DNA of 64,000 nt from a bacterium. GTDB taxonomy: Bacteria > UBA8248. The stretch is taken from the NCBI GenBank assembly GCA_965213625.1, contig CBDBZU010000004.1:896001-960000 (forward strand). The letters run 5' to 3'. Below the pieces are notes generated by a model that did no database searches, had not been told where the DNA came from, and was given only the letters and a program-made list of their open reading frames with translations. This document shows, one piece after another, positions 42,191 through 52,191 of this stretch. The first letter of the stretch is position 1. Every line of letters starts with the position of its first letter. The position numbers were made by a program, and so were the translations under genes.

Positions 42191-43390
42191 ATGTCGAGAA
42201 CGGTCCAAGTCCTTGCGAACAATGCCCGCGAGGCGGCCGACAGCCTGCGCCGGGCAAGGCTGCGCACGGTGCTGGGCCTGGTCGGCGTCATGATCGGCAT
42301 CTCCTCGGTCATTGCGATGGTCTCGCTGGGCGAGATCGCCAGGGAGCAGGCCCGCAAGCAATTCGAGGCGCTCGGAACCGACATCGTTGTCGTCCGCAAG
42401 TCGGCTGCCGCGGGAAGGGCCGCGATCGGCCTCCCGGACGCCCTGCAATTGGCGGCGGTGGTCCCGTCGATCGTCGAGGCGGCGCCCAGGATATCGGGAC
42501 GCGGGACGTTCCGCTACGCCGGCCGGGAGGTCGGGCGGGGCGCGGTCCAGGGCGTCACCCTGTCCTTCGCGAGCGTGAACAAGCTGACGCTGCGGGAGGG
42601 CCGGTTCGTTACGGACCTGGATACCGACAGATACTGGTGCGTCATCGGCGCCGAGGTCGCGGAGAAAATGCGCGCGGCGGGGGCGGATCGCCTCACGGGG
42701 ACGCTCATTGAGGTCGATGAGGTTCTCTTCACCGTCGTGGGCGTGCTGAACCGCAAGGAGAAAAGCTATGCGCTGCCGTTCCAGGTGAATGCAGACAAAT
42801 CGGTCTTCGTCCCGATAACCACAGCGCAGCGGGTCGTCTCCGACCCCGGAATCGAGGTCATCGTCGCCCGATCCGGCGGCGGCGTCCATTACGCGGCGGC
42901 GGTAGAGGATATCCGGTCGTATTTCCTCAAGCGCGCGCCCGATCTCGGCCTCAATATCGTCACCGCGAAGGAGTTGATTGCCCGGATGGAGGCGCAGATG
43001 GGCATTTTCACCTTGTTGCTGGGCGCGGTGGGCAGCATTTCGCTGATCGTCGGCGGGATCGGAATCATGAACATCATGCTCGTGTCCGTGGCCGAGCGGC
43101 GCGCGGAAATCGCCATCCGCCGGGCACTCGGCGCTCGGCGGCGGGACATAAGGAGCCAGTTCCTGATCGAATCCGTCATCCTGACAGTCGTCGGCGGCGT
43201 GCTCGGCGTGGCGCTCGGCCTGGCGGCAACCTGGACGATCTGCCGCTTCACCGGCTGGGACTTCCTGATCTCGGGGCTCTCCGTGGCCAGCGGCCTCGGC
43301 ACGGCGGTGGCGGTCGGCCTGTTCTTCGGGTTCCAGCCCGCCCACCATGCCTCGCGGCTCGATCCCATCGCCGGACTCCAGGGCAAGTAG
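42191..43390 (+). CDS. MacB/FtsX-type ABC permease
   Basis: RT.L..GV.IGI.SV, ISLIVGGIGIMNIMLVSV.ER..EI.IRRALGA, QFLIES, PA..A.RLDPI. Confidence 0.95.
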   Translation: MSRTVQVLANNAREAADSLRRARLRTVLGLVGVMIGISSVIAMVSLGEIAREQARKQFEALGTDIVVVRKSAAAGRAAIGLPDALQLAAVVPSIVEAAPRISGRGTFRYAGREVGRGAVQGVTLSFASVNKLTLREGRFVTDLDTDRYWCVIGAEVAEKMRAAGADRLTGTLIEVDEVLFTVVGVLNRKEKSYALPFQVNADKSVFVPITTAQRVVSDPGIEVIVARSGGGVHYAAAVEDIRSYFLKRAPDLGLNIVTAKELIARMEAQMGIFTLLLGAVGSISLIVGGIGIMNIMLVSVAERRAEIAIRRALGARRRDIRSQFLIESVILTVVGGVLGVALGLAATWTICRFTGWDFLISGLSVASGLGTAVAVGLFFGFQPAHHASRLDPIAGLQGK

Positions 43391-43429
43391 AAAGCCGGTC
43401 GATGTCATGCAACCTGCAAAACCGGGAAC

Positions 43430-44248
43430 TCAGCAGGATGTCTTGAGTGTCCCATCGCAGTTCTTGAGGTTTTGCACCTGTCCCAGGTCCCCCTTGTACG
43501 AGGTTTCAACTGCGAGGATTCCCCCAGTCTTCCCCAATGGATCGTCAACCCGTCTTTCGCAATGGGTCTTTATGGAGCACTGTCCCGAATCCACTCCGAC
43601 TTGGGTGCTGTAGACGCCGGTATAGTTACAGGTGACTTTGGCCGAACTCGCATTCCATGCGCTCGTGCATTTCTCGACCGTTGGGCAAGAAGTGGACAAC
43701 TCGTTGTTGCAGAAATCGAGCTGTTTCACATTGCCGGGCGACCCGTAGAAGGACGCGGCCACCGCCAGGGTCCCGCAGGAGGTCGAGACATGACATTGCT
43801 GGCCTTGATAGGTCGACATGCTGTGGGACCCGTAGGACGAACCGCATCTCTGGCTGGCATCGCTGTCGTTCCACGACTCATTGCATGCTGTCTCCAGGGC
43901 GGTTTGTTGATCAGCGGAGAGGCAGGAGCCGATTTTGAGCTTGCCGTCGCAACTCACCAGATCGCGCATGTCATCCAGATCGCCGGTGACAGTTTGCTGG
44001 GTTGATGGCACGCCATTCAACTTCCGGCACCTGGCCGTGACGCTGCACTCTCCGTTCGGGGTGTCAAACCAGAATTGGGTGCCGGGAGCCGGGCAATGAT
44101 TGGAGGCGTCGCTTTCGTACCACGCTTGAGCACAGTCGCCATATGTGGGGGCATTCTGCGCGTAGACCCCCGGCGCGGCGAGGAGCCCGCCTGCAAGCAC
44201 CGACAGGACCAGCGCCAGCGTGGGGAGGATTCGGTATGAGGTTCTCAT
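43430..44248 (-). CDS. Secreted protein with three tandem six-cysteine repeats
   Basis: GGAGG RBS, Sec signal ending VYA-Q; three repeats C-x3-W-x2-S-x-A-x3-C...C-x5-C...L-x2-C-x3-L-x3/4-C. Confidence 0.85.
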   Translation of the reverse strand: MRTSYRILPTLALVLSVLAGGLLAAPGVYAQNAPTYGDCAQAWYESDASNHCPAPGTQFWFDTPNGECSVTARCRKLNGVPSTQQTVTGDLDDMRDLVSCDGKLKIGSCLSADQQTALETACNESWNDSDASQRCGSSYGSHSMSTYQGQQCHVSTSCGTLAVAASFYGSPGNVKQLDFCNNELSTSCPTVEKCTSAWNASSAKVTCNYTGVYSTQVGVDSGQCSIKTHCERRVDDPLGKTGGILAVETSYKGDLGQVQNLKNCDGTLKTSC

Positions 44249-44338
44249 GGCATTCACCTCCTTTGTTCTCCGCCATGGTCGGCGGGGGTTACGGGTTTGA
44301 AGCGGTATCGCCCGCGCTCATTGCACGGCCGCGCGGAC

Positions 44339-44857
44339 TCACTGGCAGTACTGACCCGCGTTCCCGCATCCCATCTTGACCGTTTGATCGTTGTCCTGGA
44401 TCTGGCCCTTCAACGTCATATTGCGCGGCATGGACCGGATGCTGGATGTCGGTGAAACCCACCCCGTGACACCGCGGTAGAGCCCGTTGACCTCCTGGTC
44501 GTAGAGCTTGAGCTTGAAGACTTCCGGGTCTTCTTCCTCGCTGTCGTCAATCGTGTCTACATAGACCTTCTGCTCCTTGACCCCCGAGTTGAAGGTCACG
44601 GTGCCGGTGGTCTCTTCGTAATCCTCGTCCTTCACGGCCGCGCCGTCTTGCGTCTTGTACTTGTAGCGCACCGCCCAGCCGTTCGGCGCGGCCCCGAGCT
44701 TGACCGTGAACTCCATCTTGTCGCCCTCGGTTGCGCCGGCGTCCGCGCCGTGCGCCGCCTGCGGCGCGCCAAGCGCGGCGCACACCGCCAGCATGACAGT
44801 TGCAACGGCCGCGAGCCATGCGGCCCGTACGGATTTTCTGTTCGAGTCCTGTTTCAT
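44339..44857 (-). CDS. Secreted single Calx-beta domain protein
   Basis: Signal peptide; EGD..F.V.L...V.Y.TQDGAA..EDY..TGTVTF....V.V.TIDD..EE..E.F.L.L. Confidence 0.88.
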   Translation of the reverse strand: MKQDSNRKSVRAAWLAAVATVMLAVCAALGAPQAAHGADAGATEGDKMEFTVKLGAAPNGWAVRYKYKTQDGAAVKDEDYEETTGTVTFNSGVKEQKVYVDTIDDSEEEDPEVFKLKLYDQEVNGLYRGVTGWVSPTSSIRSMPRNMTLKGQIQDNDQTVKMGCGNAGQYCQ

Positions 44858-44879
44858 AGCCTTTACTCCTTCACGATGG

Positions 44880-44961
44880 TGGTGCCTACTGTGATCGCCC
44901 CCGATCCGACCGACGTTCCCATCGAATTCGCAACATCGTTGGCGCCGATCCCCCAGGCCAT
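44880..44961 (-). pseudogene. Inorganic phosphate transporter (PiT) N-terminal remnant
   Basis: MAWGIGANDVANSMGTSVGSGAIT signature only. Confidence 0.7.
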
Positions 44962-45281
44962 CTCCGTCGGCACAGTTCCTGGTTTCTTTGACCGGCCGAA
45001 GCGATGTTTATGGTGACAATGATAATACACGGATGGTTGCTTGACAATTTTTTTTTAGGTCGGCGGGCAGGTCGTTCGTGCTTTGCGGTGGTGACGAGAC
45101 GGCGGCCAGGCGGATCGAGGCGATTCGGAGGAGGACGGACCGCCTCGACTCAGGCCAATCTCTGCCAAGCCGCACTGTGCCCCCCAATTATTCCTCGAAA
45201 GCGACATCCACGTCTTCTGGAATGTGTCGCGGATGATAAGGCGGATGTGTGGAACGGGTTATGGTGGATTCACTCGTAAAT

Positions 45282-45439
45282 CGCCCGTTTAGTGACGGTG
45301 GGGGGGGTCCTGCGGGGGTGAATTCCCTGTAGTTTATTGAAATTGTTGCAAGTAATTGGTTTTTTGAATCTCGCTCAGGAGTTGTTTTCTTAAAGGTGTA
45401 ATCAAGTCGAAAGCGGATGAATTCAAACTTCTGCGTATC
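45282..45439 (+). other. Copy 3 of ~160-bp att-like non-coding element
   Basis: Direct-orientation homolog of 31397-31555. Confidence 0.75.
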
Positions 45440-45678
45440 CTAGATCATTCCTGTCGGGCTGCTCACCCAAATTCAGTTCGCAACGGTTTGCCTGTGCTCA
45501 TGTACTGGTTGGCACCATTTAGCTGTGAGTCGAAAACATCCTTGACTTAACATTATTGGCGAGCATATAGAATTGCGTGTACGCCGTGTAGATATCCCAA
45601 TGAAAGCACAAAACCATCCCCTGGGAATAAATTAGAACTCACTAAGCGCATTTCTAGTTCAAATCCATAGAGGTAATT

Positions 45679-46811
45679 ATGAGCAAGAAGAATCGGCAGC
45701 ACTCAAGGGACGTCATATCACTCATCTACACACGTAGTGGCTCTCGCCTATACGGTTGTATTCGATTTTTTCGTCCCGAACCCAATCAGCAACATATTGA
45801 GCCGTTCCGCCAAAGCGCACCGTTTGTTATCTCGCAATCAATTGGGCCAAAAGAAACCATCGTATACGGAAGCGTCAATGAATTGATAAGGGAAATTCGC
45901 CGTCTGCTCGATGACGTATCTGAATGCAACGAGAAATTCAAGTCAACACTACGTCTTGGCGGTGTGATCACGGATGAAACTCGCGACAATTCAGGAAGAA
46001 AAGTCGTAACTATTCCAGAAGGAGAAAAAGGGGACAAGCTGTTCTACGAATACGTAAGAGAAGTGACCAATATTTTGCTTCTTCTTTCGACTCAAACGAG
46101 GAATTTGTTTCAACTTTACCCCAGATTCAATAATTGCTGTATCTCAAGATTTGATTATGAGGGGAATAAAGTGGACAACATCCCCCTGAAAGAACTTTTC
46201 GATTATTTTGTACATAACCGATACTTGTTCGTAGATGGCGAGCATGTCGTGGATCTATTTTCAGATAAATTCTCGCCCAAGTCTTCGATTTCCCAAACAT
46301 TCATGGGCTACAAAATCAGATGGAGAGAATATCTCGGCGCCATTCGAAGCGTGACTGACAATGTAAAGATGAGGGACTTGACCGGATTACTGCGAGGTCG
46401 CCTGAAAAACTTTCATCTGGTTCGTCCCACAAGGACATCGTTTTCCTGGTCCAGAATTTGGAATCGTTTTCGAATTTGCTCGCTACGAAAATTTCCGATA
46501 ATCGGTACACATCCATGTTGAGTTTGATGTTTGACGAAAGAGCGAATCAGGACCTCCCCGATATCGGGGAAAAGAATGAGAGTGTTGAACAGTTTGTCAC
46601 CTTTACAGCACTTCATATTAATATCCACGAAAAGCTCAGCGAGAAAAAATTTGAGATTCGGGTGCGCTGCAAATTTACTTTGCGTGACAATCAGAAACAC
46701 CCTGTCAAAGCGGAAGATCTAGATAATTACAGCATAGATGTAGGTTATGAGAAGTTCTTTGACCTTGTGAATAGCGTTTTCGGCGATGATCCTCTGGTGA
46801 GTTCTGTCTGA
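45679..46811 (+). pseudogene. Low-GC hypothetical protein split by a frameshift at an A-run near 46405
   Basis: Overlapping ORFs 45679-46521 and 46458-46811; GAGG RBS; AT-rich codon use. Confidence 0.55.
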
Positions 46812-47155
46812 CGGACATGGTGCTGATGTTGGACCCTTCGGGTGGATTCGGGACGTTTCATTCCTCTTTAAGCTGATGTTTGTTCGTTTTGGTTGCTGCC
46901 CTTGAAGGATACGGACCCATGTCTCTTCAACCTTTCCAACAACACCCACCATATCTCAAGGTCCGACTGCCCCTTGGGTCATCATACCCTCTCAATGCGG
47001 GCTGTGACCTCGAAGAACAGGACCGGCATTATAATTAGGTCTGTGTTTCAAGTATCGTTTCGGTTAATCCGCATATCCAGCGGATTATCAGGAATGATTT
47101 TTCCGTCATTAAGATATTATGTTGAATAATCCGCGTTTTTTGCGGATAATAAGAC

Positions 47156-47983
47156 ATGATACATGATCAACGAAAAACATTGTCATCCTATACTTCCGGT
47201 TTGCTGTCAGAGGGCCGTGTAGTCTTCTCGGCAGATGAGGCGGAGCAGGCGCTGGGAATCGGACGAGGGGCGTTTCTGGACGCCGCCGAACGGCTCCAGC
47301 GCCGCAGGCATCTTATCAGGCTGCGGAATGGGTTCTATGTCGTGGTTCCGCCCCGGTACGCATCCTGGGGCGCTCCGCCTCCGGATTGGTATATCGATGA
47401 CCTGATGCGGCACGAAGGGCGACCGTATTATGTAGGTCTTCTCAAGGCGGCCGAACTGCACGGCGCTACCCATCAGGCCGTTATGGAGTTTCCCGTTGTC
47501 ACGAACAAACGGCTGCCCGGTATCCACGCTGGCAGAACCCGGATCGTTTTTCATTACCGAAAAGACATGAAAGCCGTATCGGACGGCGTGGAAAACCGGA
47601 AGACCGATACGGACGCGATGAGCGTGTCGTCCGCCGAACTCACGGCACTGGACCTTGTGCGCTATTCACATGCCGCCGGAGGCATCGACAACCTCGTCAC
47701 CGTCCTTGCCGATCTCGGCCCGAAACTCGGTTCGCAGGAACTGGCGCGGCTTTCATCCGCGGCGGAGCGCTCGATCGTTCAACGTCTCGGCTATCTGCTG
47801 GACCGTCTCGGGCACGGGGACCGAACCGGACCGCTGTACGACGCGCTGTCCGGCCGCGGCGCGTTTCCGTGGGTCGAACTCGACCGCAAGGAAACCCGCG
47901 ACCCAGAATTCACGTCACCCCCGCTGGAACGTGACGAACACTGGCGCGTCATTGTCCGTCGCCCGCCTGAGGTCGACGAATGA
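47156..47983 (+). CDS. Type IV TA antitoxin, AbiEi family
   Basis: GFYVVVP, YYVGLLKAAELHGATHQA, TALDL, QRLGYLL; overlaps the toxin start (ATGA). Confidence 0.88.
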   Translation: MIHDQRKTLSSYTSGLLSEGRVVFSADEAEQALGIGRGAFLDAAERLQRRRHLIRLRNGFYVVVPPRYASWGAPPPDWYIDDLMRHEGRPYYVGLLKAAELHGATHQAVMEFPVVTNKRLPGIHAGRTRIVFHYRKDMKAVSDGVENRKTDTDAMSVSSAELTALDLVRYSHAAGGIDNLVTVLADLGPKLGSQELARLSSAAERSIVQRLGYLLDRLGHGDRTGPLYDALSGRGAFPWVELDRKETRDPEFTSPPLERDEHWRVIVRRPPEVDE

Positions 47984-48840
47984 TCCCCCGGATGAACATC
48001 ATCGCATGGGGGAATGTCGTCCCCTGGGCGGACCTGCGCCAGGTCGAACAGGATCTCATCATCAGCCGCGCGCTCGTCGAACTGTTTTCCCATCCCGGAC
48101 AGGCCGGACAACTGCGCTTTCGCGGCGGAACGGCGCTTAACAAGCTCCATTTTCCTCAACCCCTTCGCTATTCGGAGGACATCGACCTCGTCAGGACCGA
48201 GACCGGACCGATCGGCCCGGTTCTCGATGCCGTCCGGGAAACTCTCGAGCCATGGCTGGGGCGGGCGGGTTACGACCAGAGCGCCACGGCTCCCAAACTC
48301 CGTTTCCGGGTCGACGCGGAAGACCCCTCCGTCGGTGCCCCGATTCGCCTGAAAATCGAAATCAATACACGGGAAACCAAAGCGTTCGACCCGCCGGCCT
48401 CCGTTCCGTTCGCAGTGGAAAACCCCTGGTTCAGCGGGGCGGCGGACATACCGACGTTCTCGACTGAGGAAATCCTTGCGACGAAACTCCGGGCGCTCCT
48501 TCAGAGAAACAAGGGGCGCGACCTGTTCGATCTCTATCATGGGTTGCGCACGTTCGAGGAATTGAACAGGGCGCGTGTCGTGAAAGGTCTCGTGTTCTAT
48601 CTTGAAGAATCGGGATTGCGCATTTCCCGCGCCGAGGCGCAGCAGCGAATGTTCCCGAAACTCGCGAATCCCGCTTTCCTTACGGACATGCGGCCCCTGG
48701 TTTCGGCCGAGCACGCCGAGACCCTGGACGAAGACTCCACGAAGGAAGCGTTCAGACGGGTCTTGCGAGAACTGATCGACCTCATCCCGGGTGATGACTG
48801 GGCACGGACCCCGGACATGATCGAGCGTTTCGCGATTTGA
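47980..48840 (+). CDS. Type IV TA toxin, AbiEii nucleotidyltransferase
   Basis: QVEQDL, FRGGTAL, RYSEDIDL, KIEIN, TKLRALLQR.KGRDLFD. Confidence 0.92.
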   Translation: MIPRMNIIAWGNVVPWADLRQVEQDLIISRALVELFSHPGQAGQLRFRGGTALNKLHFPQPLRYSEDIDLVRTETGPIGPVLDAVRETLEPWLGRAGYDQSATAPKLRFRVDAEDPSVGAPIRLKIEINTRETKAFDPPASVPFAVENPWFSGAADIPTFSTEEILATKLRALLQRNKGRDLFDLYHGLRTFEELNRARVVKGLVFYLEESGLRISRAEAQQRMFPKLANPAFLTDMRPLVSAEHAETLDEDSTKEAFRRVLRELIDLIPGDDWARTPDMIERFAI

Positions 48841-48899
48841 AGTGGCGAGGCGGGCAACGGCTGCAAAAGAGAACACTCTCGAACGGGTCGTCGAGGAAT

Positions 48900-50052
48900 A
48901 TCTCTGTTCCACACGTCTTGAAAGGACAAAGCTTCGCTTGAACATGTATTTGTGCAAATGAAGCTGTCCGTAATCGACAGCGAGAATAGCGAGATGATTG
49001 TGCCGCGCATCTCGGAATACGCGAATACCCAAAACAGAGTGAATGCCGCGGACTTTTTTTCCAATCACCCCTTCCATATCAGGATGGAGGAATTTTCGCG
49101 ACGAATCTGGGCGCCGGCAAAACAGGGCGCGCTACGCGAGACGAAATGGTTTTATGAAAGAGCTCGAGATCAATATAACGATGCGCAGTCAAAACTGACC
49201 CGAGCCGAGCTGCATCGTTTCAGGGCGGAATACCCCAAACCACAGATGTTCACTAAAACTGATCTCGCGAAGTTTGAGAATGTATGGGATGACCACCCGA
49301 AATGGGTGAACCTGGGTGCGCAGAAGAACTTCGCGTGTTTTGCGGCTCGGATCGGTATGGAGTGGCTCAAGTCAGCCGATACCTTTAACGAATTCTATTA
49401 CCATCGTGCCATTGCACGGGCAATTATCTTTCGGCGAACCGAGAAACTTGTTTCAGAGCAGCCGTGGTACAATGGGGGTTACCGGGCAAATATCGTCGCG
49501 TACACGATTGCAGCAATCAGCGAAATATGTAAGCGGCACAACCGGGCGATAGATTTCATGTACATTTGGAACACTCAGGCGCTTCATCAGTCTTTAATTG
49601 ATGCCCTCGAAATTGCCGCCCGATTTGTCAATGACGATATCACGCAGCCACCGCCGGGCATTTCAAGCATTTCAGAATGGTGCAAAAAAGAGGGTTGTTG
49701 GGAGAGGATTTATGCACGGCTTTCGCAATTAAAGACCAAGCTTCCAAAAAAGTTCTGGGATGATCTCGTGTCAATCCAGAAACAGAAGGCTGAAGCGCAG
49801 GCAGCGAAGAAAACATAGAAGACCGATAACGGGATATATGCGCAACGGCAGGTGTATGAGATATCGTCTGATAAGTGGACGTTGATACTGGAAGCGGGAA
49901 TGAAAGACAAATTGCTGACACCAAAAGAGATAAGTATTCTACGAATTGCGCAGCAGATACCGGTCAAGATTCCGACAGAGAAGCAATGCGCCGTGCTCAT
50001 CGGTGTGCTTGAAAAAGCGGAGCAGGAAGGACTTTCCATCAGGAATGTTTGA
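48900..50052 (+). pseudogene. AIPR family protein, C-terminal part (5'-truncated, internal stops)
   Basis: SLFHT*..VQMKL, ISEYANTQNRV..ADFFSNHPFH, WFYERAR, KTDLAK, GYRANIVAY, SEWCKKE; in-frame TAG at 49816. Confidence 0.8.
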
Positions 50053-50127
50053 GCAACGACAAATTTAACTCGCCCCAAAAGTACTTTAATGCACTAAATC
50101 ATAGTTTTTTAGTTTCCATATTTGATA

Positions 50128-50430
50128 TTACTGAACCGTTTTCCCCGTCAATTCCGGCGCGACTTCGGAGATATTCCTGCTGATTTGCTCGATCTCTTCC
50201 TCCCGTCCGTCTCGTTCCATGTCGCGAATGATGGCCTGCGCAGTGAACATTGCAGAGCGAAGCAGGTGAATTTCTGCCTCCGTGCGGGGCCATTCCCTGC
50301 GTTCAAGGGCCTCCATTGCGAGCTCGACCACCAATCGATTAGGCGACATCTCGCGTCTTTCGGCCTCTTTTTCGACGTGTTTCCACTGTTCGGACGTGAA
50401 GCGGATGTTCTTCTGTGCCGTCTGCGCCAT
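50128..50430 (-). CDS. Small ribbon-helix-helix-like DNA-binding protein
   Basis: QKNIRFTSEQW..VE..A...MS.N.LV..A.EAL. Confidence 0.5.
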   Translation of the reverse strand: MAQTAQKNIRFTSEQWKHVEKEAERREMSPNRLVVELAMEALERREWPRTEAEIHLLRSAMFTAQAIIRDMERDGREEEIEQISRNISEVAPELTGKTVQ

Positions 50431-50603
50431 TCGTTTTGCCGCTCCTTTCTTGAAGATTTTCCTCGATTCCGGTCCAAAACGCTCACTAAATTCCGGTTTC
50501 CTTTCATTAAACGCACCCGCCGTGAACCGGGAAAGTCCCGAATCGATGCCGGAAGTCGCAATATCAAATCGGTATTCATCATATTCGCGCGCATCCCTGA
50601 CGC

Positions 50604-50719
50604 GTATGCTTATAGCATACATGCCGAAAATCCCCGTACTACGCCGAGTTACAATGAGCATACGCTCTCTTTGAGATTCAAGGATTTCAAGAGGATATGG
50701 GCGTATGCTATCAGCATAC
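50604..50719. promoter_or_regulatory. Palindromic operator-like repeats GTATGCT-N3-AGCATAC
   Basis: Full sites at 50604-50620 and 50703-50719; half site at 50657-50663. Confidence 0.6.
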
Positions 50720-51213
50720 AGCTTTATTAGTATCAGGAAGGCGGGTTCTGGCGTCGTTCACGCACGTCGCTGCATGCCGGGCGCGCGCATACCTTGTAAC
50801 GGCAGCCCGCTGCGTCAGGTATGTAACCCGAAGCGCCGAAGGGCGTCAGATGATGCCGTTTATCGGCGGAGCGTCATCGGCCTGAAATGTCGACGACACA
50901 AGGGATTGGAGCCAACGCGGCGATTGAGCGAGACGACCGGGCGCGACCACGGGACGCGTACCGTGTCCTCTTCCCGTGAACAGGGGTAACAAAAGCAGGC
51001 GCGCGGTGCAAGGGAGCGGGTGCGTTTTTCATACGTCGCGCACCGCGAGGTAGTGGCGATCGATTTGTGGTTTCACGCGTTACCTTTACGCAACGTGGAG
51101 AGGTACACAAGTTACCCGCTCGTCAGGGAGCGGGCGGTCGTGAGTGGAGGAAGGCTTGTTCGGAGGGAAAAAGGGCCGCGCCGCCTGTCGACGCGACCCG
51201 AGGAATGTTCCAG

Positions 51214-52170
51214 TCAGGCGACCTGCTTGACGGGTATGCCGAGGGTTTTAGCTTTGTCGACGAGGTTGTCCGTGATGCCGCTGCCTGGGAACGCAATGAC
51301 GCCCTTGGGGAGGAGTGCCAGGAGCTCGTCGTTGCGCCGGAAGGGAGCGGCCCTGCCGTGGGCGTCCCAGTCGGGCTTGCAGACGACCTGGTGGACGCCG
51401 TTCCGCTCGGCCCATCCCGCCGCTATCTTCTCCGCACCGGGACCGCCGCCGTGGACGAGGACGACGTCGGCGTACTTGGCCTTGACCTTGTCGAGATGCG
51501 CGATGATTTTGCCCGCGTCGTTCGCTTCCTTACCGCCCGCGACGGCGACGAGGGTTCCCTGGGGGAGGTGGGCGGTGTTCGCGCGGTCCTTTCTGGCCCT
51601 TTGAAAGTCGCGGGCCTCGATCACGGCGGAGGTGAGCTTGCCGGTCTGCGAGACGTGCGAGCCTCGCCGTGGACGCCATACCTCGCCGGTCTCGATGCGG
51701 TAGGCCTCTGCTGCCGTGTCCCTGAGTTGCTCGAAGGAGTCTCTGCGTTCCGTGAGGTTGTTGGCCCTGTCGGTTGCGAGTTCGAGTTCGCGGGAGCGGA
51801 TCTCGGAGCCGTCCTGCTCGCGCTGGAGTTCGCGGACGCCGGGGATGAGTTTGTCGGCGGCGCGGTCGAGCCTCTGTGTCTGGGCGTCGAGGGTGTTGAC
51901 GAATCCCCAGAGGAGACTCGCCCGCTCATCCGCAAGCTGCGTTCCGTCGGGTGCGGCTTCTGCGAGTGCGCCGAAGGCCTTGATGACGGCGGCGGTCGCC
52001 TCGCCCTCGTCCCACACGGGGCGGTTGTCGAACTCGTCCGGCCCGGGGGTGGCGCCGAACAGGGCGGCCTGCTCGCATACCATGGCGGTGAAGGATTCAT
52101 GCTGGGCATCGTTGTGATCGTTCTCGTTCATGTTCATCTCCTTGTGGTCGTGAGTCGCGGTGGCAGTCAT
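51214..52170 (-). CDS. DUF2493/SLOG (YspA-like) domain protein
   Basis: VAVAGG, LVHGG..GAEKIA..WA, W..HGRAAPFRRN, AFPGSGIT.NL. Confidence 0.8.
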   Translation of the reverse strand: MTATATHDHKEMNMNENDHNDAQHESFTAMVCEQAALFGATPGPDEFDNRPVWDEGEATAAVIKAFGALAEAAPDGTQLADERASLLWGFVNTLDAQTQRLDRAADKLIPGVRELQREQDGSEIRSRELELATDRANNLTERRDSFEQLRDTAAEAYRIETGEVWRPRRGSHVSQTGKLTSAVIEARDFQRARKDRANTAHLPQGTLVAVAGGKEANDAGKIIAHLDKVKAKYADVVLVHGGGPGAEKIAAGWAERNGVHQVVCKPDWDAHGRAAPFRRNDELLALLPKGVIAFPGSGITDNLVDKAKTLGIPVKQVA

Positions 52171-52191
52171 CGTTCACTCCTTTGGTTGTCC

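Noticed and set aside
34193-49818. Three in-frame TAG stops (34193, 37442, 49816) suggesting amber recoding
   Set aside because: The same genes or their neighbours also carry truncations, TGA stops and frameshifts; TAG ends intact genes such as thrC; no pyl genes are visible
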